Assembly (NCBI GenBank): GCA_028023455.1
Contig: JAQFVV010000005.1
Span: 7,874,001-7,938,000 of the forward strand
Direction of reading: 5' to 3'
DNA length: 64,000 nt
Origin: Epiperipatus broadwayi
Lineage: Eukaryota; Animalia; Onychophora
Positions 24,683 to 39,299 of this stretch are shown here, one piece after another (positions within the stretch are counted from its first letter, which is position 1; each line of letters begins with the position of its first letter). The position numbers and the translations under genes are program-made. The notes below the pieces were generated by a model. It was not told the origin of the DNA. It made no database searches and worked only from the letters and a program-made list of their open reading frames with translations.

Positions 24683-27600
24683 TTTAATAATTGAATCTGA
24701 TATCTTGAAAGACTTTTTTTTCTCTAAAAGCACTACTTTAAATGTAGTTTTCAACTTATTCCTTTGATCATATCTAAAAACCGAAGTATTTTGATACTTT
24801 TTTGTAATTTAAAACTTCTGTATTGAATTGTATATTTAATTACTATATGAACTTTTTATAAATAAATTATCATTTATATATTATCTTGTTTCTTTAAAAA
24901 TAATAAATACATAGAACAGTTATTGCTATGATATTACACTCATAAAATATCACTGCCTTTTACTGAAGCAGTAATATAAGATGAAATGTCACATATATTA
25001 TTGGTAATTTTCAAATTTAGTATTAAAGAGTATATTTTGACTTAATTGCATTCAATATGTTAATGGAATGTCAGAATATTTAAATGTAAACAAATATATA
25101 AAAGGGTTTTGAATCAGCTTTTTCTATAAGCTTAGAAAGATATGACTATTCCATTTTCTGAACTTTCACATAAACTTGATTGAGTTTTTTAATGTGGTTT
25201 AAATATAATATATCTTTGATCATATTTTCTTTGGCCATATTATTTTGAAATAAAATAAGTTTAATATAAAAGCAGATGGAAGTCTAAAAGAGATTTGTCT
25301 TTCTATATCAGAAACATTTAAATTGCATTCATTTGTGTTTAATATTATTATATCATTTTTTAATTGGTTTAAACTTTTCATAAATTGTAATTTTTGTCAC
25401 CTTCTCACAAAGAATCTTAAGTTGTCAAAAAAGCAATGTTTAATTTGTTATGTTTCTAATTATTTCATCTAAGATTTTAAGAAATCTAGTTATTTCACAT
25501 GAATGTAATAACATTTTTTAAAAAAAATTAACCATTAAAACCATAGCTCATCTTTAATGATGAATCATTGTGTATGATGATAAATATAGGATTTTGAAGA
25601 TTGTTTTGTTGTAAGTATTAATATAACTTATCTTTCATCTGAAAACCTTCAATATCTGCTTAAATGCTTGATTGAGATTTACTACACTATTTTCTATCTG
25701 ACTTAATTATCATTTCAGTCTTGATGAGAATGGAAATTATGTAGTGTTAAGAATGAAACAATAAATTACTCTTGCACTTTTAAGAATACTTTTTATTAGG
25801 GTATTTGCAAGTTTTAGCTATTCAGCAATCTTTAAAATGTTTCTTTTTCTTAAGGAAACTTCCAAATAATGGTACTTTTTGTTAAGTTGTTTCTCACAAT
25901 TTTATTGATCCAGTAGTGTTTTTCAAACTTTTGTTTAATAAATAAACTATTCATTGGTAATTAAAATGAAAAAGAACTGAAGAAGGCTGCTGGACAGTCA
26001 AAACTGTCAGAAATACCATAATAAAAAGCCTTATTCAAAGTGCAGAATTTAGTCTTTTATTTAAAATATTGCAAAAAGATTAAAGAAAAATTGAAGATCT
26101 TAAAATGAAAGAATATTCACATTTTTAATAGATATAATTTTTATATAATTTTACAAATATGTATATGATGTTTTTTTTTTTTATATCTACCTTTACTGAT
26201 AAGAATAAAAAATAGAATTAAGACACTTGATCTTTAATAACAAAAGTATTTATGACTTTTCATGTTTTTATATTTTTTGATAGCTTCAATAAGAGAGACC
26301 TAAGTTTATTGCTACCTTTATATGTTTATGTTTATTATTGTGCAATGATTCCTTTTATACCTTTATGCTGATCTTGCCTTTCTATTTCATTTTTTAAATT
26401 AATAGCATTTTATTGGGTTCAAATATATTCAGAAAAGCAATGAATTTGTATAAAATTATTATTAAACTAATAGACATATTAAATGTGGTATTAATAACAA
26501 TAAAACAAAATGAAGAAAGGACTACCATTTAGTATTTTCATTATCTACTAATATAGATAAAAGAAATAATGGTTAACTTTACCCTAGTCTAGAGCCATAT
26601 CCAGTAACTTTGAATAATGAACAGACCTCTGACAGCATAATATAATAAAATCCTCATTTTCAGACCAGATTTTGACTTTAGCTTCGTTAGTGAAGATTTA
26701 TATTCAAAAATGGATCTAATGTGCTTATGTTTTTAATAGCTACCAATTGCTCCTATGTACTATTTAAATTAGTAATTTGAAATGTTAAAAAACGCAAAGA
26801 TTTTAAATTGTCTGACTCCCATAATATATAGATTTGATACCAGTTTATTTATTTATATATTTTAGAGAACTCACTTATATAACAACTATAGATCCTACCC
26901 ATCCTATCATTAAGAAGATTAATACCAAACAATATCACACTGTCATACTTCCAAGAACCATCTACTCTTAAGTAAATTTGAATAGTCAGTATATATCAGT
27001 TTCTATAACACAATAAATGATCCAAACAGTTTTCTAGTTTTTACTTATTAGTAAAGACAGATATAAAGTGAGATAGCCTGGTTTTAAAACCTTACAGTTT
27101 TTCAAATTTCAAGTTATTAAGCTGAATGTTAAAAAAAAAAAAAAAATGTAAATTTTATAGCTAATGATTACTCTGACACAAAATAGATAGTTTTAGAATA
27201 GGGTGAACATAACTGCAATGTATAGAAACTGACTTGGGTCAGATGTATGTTACTGAGCTGTCTTTGATCTAAAATTTAGCATTTTTTAAAACGTTTATAT
27301 TATTAGCTTGAATGTTGCAAAAAGAATAAAGGATGATTGCTAGAAGTATAAGTGCACTAGGTCCAATTTTGAGTTATAGTTTTTACTGATGAAGACAATA
27401 GCTAAATGCTAAGCTGGAGATAGGGATTTGTAACACTATACTATTTTATGTTCATTGATTATTCAAGCTTGCAATAAATGACTCTGGAATAGAGAAAAAC
27501 TATTCTTGGAAGCATATATATTCTGTTGGTTTAAAATAAATAATGCTCTACTAGAGAGCACACATCAGTTTACAAAGGCCTGAGTTATAAACTTAATTTA

Positions 27601-28862
27601 TAGATTAAATTCTAAAAATGTAGAAACAAATTTTTTTTATGGTAATGTGGTTATAGTATACAAAAACCATATTCATTATTCTTGTAAATAATTGTTTCAC
27701 AATTAGCTCCTGTAGTGGTTACTAGTTAAAAAATTATATAAGTATCTGAGATTAATGTATCACACATTAGCTTATTTGTCTTTGACCATGATAGAATCTA
27801 ATGTGAATACTTGTCATATTTAAATTGGATAAATTTATTTTGATCAGACTCAGTAGTACTATGGTACTTTTTTAAAGCTAGTATAGAACATGTAAATCAA
27901 TTAGATAAATCATTTGTATATCAGTCTGCTGTGCATAGTCCAAATATTGTATGAAAATATGAATAGACATGATCAGTAGAACCAATGTCCTGTGTAATTT
28001 AATGTAGTGATAGGATAGCACTTTGAGTTAAGTTGTACAAAATCAATTTTCAACTGAGTATTATAACTAAAAAGAGAATCTTTTTTTTACATTTAATAAA
28101 TGAAATTATTAAATGTTCATTCAATATGCTATGTGAATCCCAAGTAATTAATCAAACATTTATTTAATTGGCTCAATTATTTTGTGTTGGCTATGGGTTC
28201 ATTTTGACTGCAGAAGAATCATCTTGATTGTATGTTTTATCATCTTTTTAACATGAATTTCTAATCTTCCAATCAAATTATAAACTATACTCTGTTTTTC
28301 AAAGATATGAGTTTTTTGATTAAAGCTTCAAACATCAATTATTGAATGACAAAAGCTCGCTAAGGATTGTATTTAAGAAAGCACTGAATAATATGCTGAT
28401 CATTGATTGTAGGATATTGTGGCTAAGAAGAGCTAAGGTTATTTTATCCTTTAGTTATTGTTATTATTATATTTTATACTATAAAAATATTTTCAATATA
28501 TAGTTCAATAATGAGAGATATCAGTAAGTAATTTTTATGTACGAAAAAGCTATTAAATATTTTTATTCTTTTTATTATCTTTATTACTTTTTTATAAACA
28601 TTATTAATATATAATTACACAATCATGTATACATTCATATGCACATAATACAGCAATACATATATATGCATTGAAACAAAAACATCCACATACAATAATA
28701 TATAGTAAGTATTGTATATAAGTAAATAACATCACATTGTTTTATATATTGTAAACCTCATGGCTGAGTTTTCAGGCAAAGCTTTTATGTGCATTTGTTT
28801 TTATTATATATTTTAGAATATTAAATATTGCCTAATGCTATTCTAGTAATAATAAATAAAAT

Positions 28863-29033
28863 AAAAATTCTTATAACATTACAATACTAGCAAAGTAAAC
28901 TTTATTAAAATTCTTCCTCAACCATGGTTTCATCTATTAAAGTCTATTTATTAACAGATGAAACCATGATTAGGGAAGAATTTTAGTAAAGTTTAGTTTT
29001 TTGGGCAAGTATTATAATGTTATATAAATTTTT
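28863..29033. repeat. Long imperfect foldback (MITE-like hairpin)
   Basis: AAACTTTATTAAAATTCTTCCTCAACCATGGTTTCATCTATTAA pairs with TTAACAGATGAAACCATGATTAGGGAAGAATTTTAGTAAAGTTT across a loop of about 10 nt; pairing extends outward (TATAACATTACAATACT / AGTATTATAATGTTATA). Confidence 0.85.
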
Positions 29034-31164
29034 ATTTTATTTTAGAATATGTAAAAGTCGTGTGCATAAAATAAATTATCAAGTGTTTTGAAAGTGATAA
29101 TAATAATTGTAAAAAGTATTATAATTTTTATTTTAAAATAAAATTAGTTTAAAAAAAAAGTGTTGCTATAGAAACCAGTTGCAGAAGGACTATTTGATTA
29201 TCTGCTTTTCCATAAAAGGTAAGAATTATTGTTACTTCAACATGTCACTTACTGGGTAAAAGTCCATAAAAATTGTAATGATTATTTAAGAAAATATTTT
29301 GCAGAGATAAAACTTCAGAATACCTTCCCTGATCTTTCTAATGGTGTAGCTGACTATGACGCTGCAAACAAAGGAATGCCTTAAAATTAAATGCAAATCT
29401 ATCAGTCTGTTAATTATTGTTTAAAACTAAAGCTAAAAATATGTGATACTTCCAATATAAAAAAATGTGCCTCTAATGAATCGTAAAAGGTAAAAATATT
29501 CTTTATAAATCTACTCAATTTTGATGCTCTAATTATCTGGAAAAATCTTGTAGGAAAAACTACAATGGAATAAATCACAAGAAGTTAAAATGTGAATAGT
29601 GTTTGCAGACAATTAAATAATGACTATATATCTATCTATTTTCACAAGTTAATGAAGTGTGAGCTCACAAAGATATCAAGGTAATTAAATCAACTTACTA
29701 TAAGCTTTTTCTTAATGAATTATAAACCCACAAAGATTTTTTTTCTCTCACACATGCTCTATATAATTTTAAATATAAATTTTTTATTCTATTTTTTAAT
29801 TAAAAGTTATTGTTGTTATTAATAATTTTGTTGCTTGATTATTTGTCATATGAAGTTCAAGCCGAATATTTATTTTATCATTTAATAATAGTATTAAGAT
29901 GAAGGGAAGTAGCGATCAGGACATTTGATTGAATTAGCATAGAGGCTTGTTATCTGTGACTATAAATTAGACAATTAAAATGTGTATAGTCACTCCACCA
30001 TGTACACAGTCACCTGTAAGATATCTTTAATTTCCTTAAACTAAAATTAATTTGTGAATATTGTGTTTTTCATATATACCACATCTCTTAAAAGATATTT
30101 TCAATTTTTGTCCTTAATTTTTATTATTTAGTAAGTTTTTATTGCATTTAGTCAGTATGTTATGTCCTGCTTAGATATATTTTGATTTCTCTTAAACAAT
30201 GTTCTCAGTATAATTATTTTCAATATTCTGTCAGAAGTATTTCATCTTCTCTTGGACAGACATTTTTGTTTTACAGATCTTCAGACTTTAAAAAGTAAAT
30301 GTGTAAAATGATTTTGACTATTAACATAGCTACTGAAACATTTACATAATATAAAAATTGGTAATTTGAGAATAAGTAAGAAAAATATTACTCATTAATT
30401 TTTAAATATATATGTGTTTGTAATTTGGTGTAGAAACTTTCTAATTCAGGATTTGTTTTGCAATGAACATTTTATTAAAATTACATTTTAGTGGCTAAGT
30501 TTTGCAATAATGTTGTGACTATAAAAATAATAGTTTAAATACAGGTTATTTAGAAAGTTTTACATTTTTTTATTAAATGTTTCTGATATTTTGCTGTAAC
30601 ATTTCTCATAAAAATTGTAAAATAATATTTATATTGAGAGATATCATCCTTTAGTGATCATTTTGTATTTATGTTATAATGGTATACAGATGCTGTTACA
30701 TTATTTTAAAATTAAAATAAAAATGGAAAATGAATCATAAATAAAATTGATTTATTAAAAACATAAAAGAAAATTAAAAGTTATTTTAACATATATGTAA
30801 TCGCACAGATGGAAAACTTAAAAAAATTATTTGAAAGAGAGTTAAAAAAAAAAAGAAGTAAAGATCTAAATATTAATATTTTTGTTAAAAAGTAATATAA
30901 AAGAAAATAAAAACAAATGTTAATTAGTTTCTATTTAAAATGATCATGTTTAAATCTTAGTGAATGGAAATGATTATTCTATTAATTGAATCTAAAGTAA
31001 ATAATCCCTTGGGCATTTTGTAATGTAAAGGTCAGATAAGAGAGAAAAAAATTAAAGATTATGTTTTTCCCACTCTGGAACAGATCAACCAAGCCCAGGC
31101 ACAGGCCAGAAAGGAAACATCAGGACCAATAAGAAAAAAAAAAGTGCAATCGATCTGTTAGTAA

Positions 31165-31450
31165 AACAGGCAAAACTCTATACATATTGCGACTCAGTGC
31201 AAGCCAGAGTAATCAATGGATGCCAGAAAGCTCCTCAGACTAGTTTTTGGCTTGTGGCCTTCGTCAGTGAGGAGCCTTGGATCTGAGAACACTGCACATA
31301 GATCTTAGGATCTAATGCAAGTCTCCTCACTAATGAAAGCCACAAGCCAGAAACTAGTCTGGGGATATTGGATGAGTAGGCACTAGACAGGGATTTTATG
31401 AACAAACCTTCTGGCATCCACTGATTACTCTGGCATGCACCGAGTGACAA
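31165..31450. mobile_element. Hammerhead-bearing repeat, inverted pair, locus 2
   Basis: Two inverted copies of the family. Hammerhead motifs at 31230-31275 (minus, GAAA changed to AAAA) and 31323-31366 (plus, CUGAUGA changed to CUAAUGA). Confidence 0.75.
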
Positions 31451-31487
31451 TATGTTGAAGCAGAAAATATGTTACACACATTTTTGC

Positions 31488-31565
31488 TTCACTGTCTGGT
31501 GATTTAAAACCTTGAATCAGAGGTTTAAACCCAGCTATATATGTGTTAAATCACTAGAGAGTGAA
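31488..31565. repeat. Short inverted repeat (20-bp arms, 18/20)
   Basis: TTCACTGTCTGGTGATTTAA ... TTAAATCACTAGAGAGTGAA with a 38-nt spacer. Confidence 0.7.
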
Positions 31566-34500
31566 AGGACACACAAGTTTTAAAACCCTCCTTTGTTTTT
31601 GTACTCAAATTAAACATTTTATTATAAAAGAATATTTAATAATTTTAAGTCAGAAATATTTAAATTTCCATTCCCATTAAATAATCATGTATGTGTGTTC
31701 AATATTACTAAAAAAATATTTTTCGTAATTAAATATGAAATATGTATATTTATTTTATAGTTCGCGTATTTTATTTTATGATGCAATACCAAAGAAAGTT
31801 CTAGAGAGTAATTAAAATAACTCTGAAACTTATAAATAAAAGAATATTCTAGATTTAATTTAAAAAGGGTAATTAATAAATTCCTTAGCAAACAATGTTA
31901 ATGGAAATTATATCTTTTGAATCTATTTCCATTCTCGAAATAGATTAAAACAATACTCTCTAGAACTTGTTGCATTATCATTGAAAATAAAGAATAGGTG
32001 CATTCAGGCCACTTAATGGACATCCGGGCCTCATCAAGCAGAAAGAGAGAATATTCGAGAAGGTCTTGCTAACATATAAATAGAGCTGAAATTTTAGGCT
32101 AAATCTTGGTGCACCATTTTAATCAGTGTTGCAGAATGGATCCACGTCAATTTAAATTTTGAAATATGAATCCAGAGTAGAGGGACTAAATTTGCTTCCC
32201 CTTTCTTCTCCAAAAATCATTTCCATACTGCTATGCTAACATGCCATCTCCACTTATGGACTGCCTAAATTAAATGCTGAACTAACTATCTCAAGATGCC
32301 AGCCATTATTTTTCCAAACTTTGCATTGCTAACTTTGTTTTCCTCATTTTATAATTTTACGCTTACCAATCCATATGGACCTCAAGTCATCAAGTAACGG
32401 AAGGTAAATCCTAATCATGCCACTAATATGAACTCTTTTAAACTTTTACTTTCAAAATCTAAACTATTTGTAATGTAATTCTCTTTTTATTTAAACATGG
32501 CATTGCAATGCTAATTGTAACAATTCTACAAAGTAATGACTTTCTCTTTCTTTCATACAAATCTAATGCATGAATCTATCTATAACTTTATTTTTTTTTA
32601 TTGAATTTCTTTACTGGGTTTCACAATTTCTATTTTTAATATTTTAAATGTGGCAAACTTTTAATTTCAATATTATAAATTTTGTATGATTTAATTTAAT
32701 ATGCTAATAGTTCAATCTAGCGAACCGATCCTAAATTTTCTTATTAGATATCCTCGATATTATGGGATGTTAAATCATAAATGTAAGCTTTCTTACCTAA
32801 CTAAAAGTTTCACTCGATTGAATAATATTTTTAAGTTATTCTATTTGCTTAGTGGCAGATTATTCACTGCTACATTTAATATATCACTTTATTACCATGT
32901 TCATGCTATTGATTTTATTTTCATATTATATTTTAAAGTAAACTTAATGACCTTACCTTTGCTGTTTTTTTTTTATTATATGGTCAATCATTTGCCCATT
33001 ATGCCATCTAGCATGGTAATTATTTTATGGAATTAATTACTAGTTAGCATATTAATATTTGTTTAATGAAGGGAACAATATTCCCTCTTTTATGTTTTGA
33101 CATCCTAACTAATATTAAAGGTCATTTGCGTACCTTTCGAGAGGGATCAAATTATGTCATATCATTACAGTAGATTCTATTAAATTACGAGGGCCTTAAT
33201 TCACATATCAGCATCATTAAGAACCTGATTTATTTTTTATTATTAGCATTGCTTGGCTTAGATAATGTTACAAAATTTCCTCATTTTGCTTTGTCGAACT
33301 TAAAACCCGGAGGCCGGATTATTTTACTTATGGCATATCCTTGAATGGGGTTTGGAAGCACTGACTCCAGGATACTGTCAGGTTGTCATTTAGGCTCTGC
33401 ATGGGTTAACACTGGAAAATCAGACCATGGAATCTGTACACAATCACCTTTTTCAAATGCTGACCTGTCACATGTGCAGGCACATTTCATATTCTTATAT
33501 AATTGATGAAGCGTTCATCCTAAAATGGACTCGACCTTTTCTAGCATTATGATTTAGTCAACACCGCAATTCTTGTTTAATATTCTTATATCTGCCCATT
33601 TTAAATCTGTAAGATGTAATGCCATGATTTCTAAATCCGTCTCATATTTTTGTTTATATTATAAGTTAGGGAATGTCATTTTAAAGCTTATTTAAGCTGC
33701 CCACCCTCTCATTGAGACAATGTTTGAGTGCACTAACAAACAATGTTAAATAAATCCTCTCCAGTTAGAAAATAGAATAAAATACAGATAACTTTTCTGT
33801 TTGAACATTTTAAGGTCTAATGACTATTTAAGTGAATAATGTAAATTATAAAATATTTTCATGTGTGTTTCAAATGAACCATAGTAAATTGATGTAACTT
33901 ATATCCCATTTATCTGTTTTTAAGGTCATTCATTTTTCATAAAATAATCATAGCATCCAAGTTATAATATGGTAAAATTGGTATCTACTGTTAGCATATT
34001 AAGCCGCATCTTTTGACTATCTGTACATTTTTTTGAATCATCGTATTCAATTGCGGATTTGCGTATTATTTAATCATTAACTTATGTTCTATTATTATGT
34101 AATTTTTCAAATATGCAAATCAGCATTCATAATCAGGTGAAACCCAAAATTCTATTAGTGTTATATGTAAATAGATTCGTGAATGTTTGTCAAATTAAAT
34201 AAATTTGTTTATTCATTTTTCTAATTAATATTAATAAATTATTAACCATATAATTAGTATTTAATTCTGCTTTGCCTCTTGATTTATGCATACACATCGT
34301 TAATTAGATTGTGTTATATATAGCTCATTTCCATTGACCTTAGGCCAACTTAGATTTATTAATGAATTTTGATGAAAAGTCTAATTATAATCTTAAGCTA
34401 TTTCATTCTATTGGGGGTGAGGGTTCGAAGCCTAGTAGTATTATCATTCCCTGTAGATCTCTTGTTTCTCCGCTGTTGCTCCAGGACAGGAATGAATAAA

Positions 34501-34659
34501 ATTTCATTTGTTATCATCAGAAATGTTGTTCGTAATGTTATAGATCTGGAAAATAGGCAATAGGGCAGAGTTCTTGATTGTTCCTGACTTATGTATCTTG
34601 CACATGATTGGACTCAAGATACTTTTGCCTAGATGCTAGCTCTTGTTAGACAAACATAA

Positions 34660-34750
34660 AATTCTGACCGGTACAACGTATAGAGTTTTGCCTGTTTTAG
34701 TAACAGTTAAGAGCAAGCATAAGAAATGGTGATCATGTGATGTTTATTTG
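34660..34750 (+). repeat. Tail fragment of the hammerhead-bearing repeat family
   Basis: TATAGAGTTTTGCCTGTTTTAGTAACAG...GCAAGCATAAGAAATGGTGATCATGTGATGTTTA matches 3225-3290 and the reverse complement of 49200-49270; no ribozyme core here. Confidence 0.7.
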
Positions 34751-36150
34751 CAATTGATCTGGAGAATTAATAATAAGAAAGGACATAAATTATAAAAAAA
34801 TAATTGAATTTAATAATCTATTAACTTTCGAATTACAGCTAGCTGTAGTGTAGACTCCATGATGTAGGAGTCTTACACAAGGTTTAGTTTTCATTTGTGG
34901 TGGCTGAGGTGATCTCCCTGACCAATGTTCCCAAAAGAATGATTTGTAGTGGTTGTGTCTCCAAAAAAATATAAGCGAATAATATAATCAGCGACAAATG
35001 GAAGTATGAACTTTTGTCAATTGAACTTTTTAAATATTCAATAATTGTTTAATTTGTAAGAAAATATGACTAATAAGTGAACTCTTATCTGACCAGCAAT
35101 AGGACTCTAAATCAGTTAAACTTTTACTTATGTATTAAGTTTGCTAATCAATAATTTTTATTTCTATTATATTTTTGATTGTGGACTAAATTATTAAATT
35201 GTATTAAATTTAAGTTGGGTGTAGGTGGCTGCATAGATTTGTTAAAGTTTATGTTAGTTTAAGGGAGGTTAATTTTGGATTATTTGTTTCGTAATTGAGT
35301 TAAGGCTGGTGGAGTAATGTATGGGTGTTTTTATCAATGTAATATGAAGCATGTTAGCATATAGGGCACCATGCCCAAATGAATGCATGGCCCAGAGGTG
35401 TAGCCACCATGTTGCAATGGATGTGGAGGTATTTCCCATGCCATTGATTTCATTTTGTTCTATGGATTGGGTCTATAAGTCAGTGAAGACTGCTCTCCCT
35501 CCATACTGGAGCATTTTATTTTACATTTTTCTTTATCCTCTTTGCCAGACAGATGCACATTTCTGTGCTGGTCAAAGATCACTATTATTAATATCATGCC
35601 ACAGATGTACATTCCTGTGGGCATGGTTTTATGCTAATGTCTTCATGTTGCATTGGTTACATCTGTATATCAGGAAGCTAGTGTTGACTTAACTGTGAAC
35701 TTTTAGCCTGGGGTTAGATGTTTTGAAAGTTTTTAATTGCATAACCTATGCAGTTTATCTATGCTCAACATTCTAAAGTATCAAATTATTTAAACTCTCC
35801 ATCTGTGCAAACTTACCCAGATATTAAAATTTAAAGTTAAAAATAATAATAATAAAACCTAAAGCAATGTTAGATCATTTATTCCTCAAATTTACTTTTA
35901 TATATGTATGTAAATAAATGTTTGTGTGATTATTTCTGGCAGTGTTGTATTTTATTATATTTTTTCTTTATTAAAAATATGTTTAGGAATTTATATCATT
36001 AAATTTCAGCTATTCCATGAACTAGTTTTCTGAGGTGTAACAGTCAATAAAAAATTTGATCTTGTAAAATATTTGAGATATAAAATTTTTATTATGTACA
36101 ATTTAATACTAACAAAAAACTATATTGTACAATAAAATAAATATCTTTAA

Positions 36151-36367
36151 ATATAGTATTAATATCACCTATGTTCTTTATTACTTTTACAGTACTTTGT
36201 TTTACAACCTAATATGACATTTTCGCAGCAATCTTCAGAACTTCTACTTATATCTCTCATAAGGAGAAATTCTGAAGAATATTGCTGGTGCAATCAAAAC
36301 TGTCATATTAGGTAGTAAAAAAGCATAGTAAAAGTAATAAAAAACATAGATGATATTAATATTATAT
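36151..36367. repeat. Long imperfect foldback (MITE-like hairpin)
   Basis: ATATAGTATTAATATCACCTATG...TATTACTTTTAC...ACCTAATATGACA...CAGCAATCTTCAGAA pairs with TTCTGAAGAATATTGCTG...TGTCATATTAGGT...GTAAAAGTAATA...CATAGATGATATTAATATTATAT. Confidence 0.85.
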
Positions 36368-39299
36368 GGATTTGGCAATGCGATAGGAAAGATAAATATT
36401 TTTATGTTTTATTGTCTTGTATAACAAATTATAAATGTAAAATAAATACAGTTAAATCCACATTCATTATTATTTGTAATCTTATATGTTTTTTATTTGT
36501 TTCAAAAATAAAATTATATATTGAAGCAGATGAATCTGTAAGCCAGATCCATGCTTCACATTTTTCTAGATTACTAGCCAAGGATCAAACCTGATCCACA
36601 CGTGTTACGATGTTTGTAAAACTTTCCATCTGCCATTTTATCTACATTTAAATTTTAGGCCAGTAAACAAGTTATTAAAGTATTAATTTTCTATTAAAAT
36701 GTTGTATTATAAATATTAGAGTGGCCCAGATAGATAGATATATATGCAAATACATATATATAGAATTACAGACAGAAACTTATATAAAAATCAATATATA
36801 AATTTTTAATATATTTTTTTTAAGTATTTTATTCTGGAGATTTGCTTTCACAATAAACCCTACTAACATTCTGTAGCATTTGAACAAAAGAAAATCCATT
36901 AACAAAATGGTAATGGATTTTCAAGTTAAAGTTAAATTAAATTAGAAAAGATAATTTGAAATATAAATTCTGCAAATCTACATTTAATTAAAAATAGATT
37001 TGAAACAATTAAATCATTGGCTTTATTGGGAGAGTTGATCTCAAGAATACAATACAAATATACTTTAGGTATTCCAACATAGCCACTTACCCTGGAGCAT
37101 ATGAAAAAGGGAATTTTCCAAAAATAGTTGAAAAACGTATAAATAGCCAAAAAGAATAATAGAGCAGCCAGTCCCAGTTTGTGTCAGCAATTGCTTGGCA
37201 AATCTATGTCAGTGAAATTTTTAAAATAATGATAAGTGTTCTGAAGTATGATAGCAGAGTAGACAGCATTAACATGTCCTAAATATGATCATAATACCAT
37301 AAGCTGGAGAAACCTCATAAAATGAACTGTTGAACTCCTTTATTTAATTCATAGCTAGCTATGCCTGTGTGGAAATTCAGTTTTCATCATGGGATTCCAA
37401 CTTCCATTCATACTCATAATAAATTAGGTAATATGTTTCCAATTTGTTATTTCTAACCATCTAATTTATTCTTCTAAAACTCCAGTGACCCAATAATGTA
37501 AATCCTGCTAATTGTAATGTCTTCTAAAAATGTAATCCCCATAACGTAATTTAATTGTAACTTAATATTCTATAAAAATATACTTCCTATTACTTAAAAT
37601 CTAATGTCTTTGCTCTCTTTCTGTTTTAAAATTATGCCTCTTCTTAATGCTAAACTTTCTTCTAATTGCAGTTTAGAAAATATTATTATTAATTACTTAA
37701 AATGAAATGAATATATGCCAATTTTTGTTCTATTTTGACAAAAGCTTTACTTAAATAAATATTTTGCTGCCTATTTCCTGTCCAATGTTTGTCAGTAAAT
37801 AAAAATAATTAATTCCCTAGCTCTGAAGATTTTGGAGCAACCTTTGTTTTGTCAAGATGAAACCATTTTATATTATGTGTTTTTTATATTTATACGTACA
37901 CGGTTTAGTTGTGGGGAGATGTGAGATTCAAGTTTATAAATTATATTCATGTTAAATAATAAGAGAGAAATAGAATGTCATTTGAAATGTTAGTGGGATT
38001 TTGTGTTGGAGAGACGTGTCGCTCATTACAAATATTCGTAATAATAATTAATGTTTATTTTATTCTTGTTTGTCTGATTTTGGTCAATCCGTATAACATT
38101 TGTGTAATCTTTAGCTCAGCACAATTCTATATTTAATTGTGAAAATATATTTTCCAGTACTCATATTTTGCCTGGCCAACATTTGGCTTGATTACTTGTC
38201 TTTTGTTCTTTGTGATCGCTAGATCAAAACTAGACCACATGATAATTTCACTGGCCATGATTTATCAGGATATGAAAGCTAAAATGGAAAGACCCAGGGC
38301 AGGCAGAGCTTAGCTAGCCTGGGCGATTCTCATTTCTTTCACCTGAAATATTTTAGGTTTGCCAATGGTGCAGACTATTCTTTCTTTTATTTCTTGGCAT
38401 CACAGGAATGGGGGCAGGTGAATTGAGTCTATGCTGTAATGTAATATCAAATGCTGGGATTCATTCACTTTCCTTTGTCTAAGCACATTATGGTGGATTG
38501 ACCACGATCTGACTAATTTATGTATTTTAAATCTTGAAATATTTATGTGCCAATATCACGATCCATTTATATTTTAAATGTGTCACTCGCTCTGACACCA
38601 GTTCCTATAGTTTGAGTTAATCATTTCTCTCTTAAAATAAATTCAATCATAATAAAATTATGTTTAAAATAGCTTTTTAAAATATTCATTCCAACATCTC
38701 AGACTTGGTTGGGTGTCTTCCATAAATCACTAATCATGACATTTGTTATATTGGCATATAAACTATACCGCTCTCTCACCAGAGGCATAATAAACGACAG
38801 AATAGAAATTTGTATTAAATAATTTTATGAAATCAAATCAGAGATATTAGATAAATTATAAAAATGTTTTATTAAATATATATATGTGAATTTAAGCTAC
38901 CTCTGGTTCGTCTCTATTCATTCACTCTAAAATTAGTATTTTCTAATTAATTATTGTGCTGCTATCTGATGACTCAAGGTCACACACATACCATTTTATA
39001 TTTAAATAAATAGATAGTCTAATTAAAGTTAATAATTAGAGTTAGACATACGAATTAGTTGAGGCTCATGTTACCATTGATGCTAGTGGGCCAGAGTGTG
39101 GAAAAGATTAATTGCTTGCCTCGAAAATGTTGTTAATTAGTTTGCAGATTTAGAGAGTCAGTAAACAGAGCAGAATCCATAAGTATTCTTTATCTTTGAT
39201 CTTGTGTATGGTTGGATTCGAGCTACTTTTACCCAAGCTGTGAATCGTGTTGAGTTAACATACAATTTTGACCAGTACAATATATTGTAACACATGAGA

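Noticed and set aside
25300-25900. Possible hAT transposase remnant on the minus strand
   Set aside because: Only a vague EI..FL similarity after several frameshifts.
38589-38600. TGGTGTCAGAGC on the minus strand, resembling an iMet primer-binding site
   Set aside because: No adjacent LTR end (CA) and no recognisable gag downstream.
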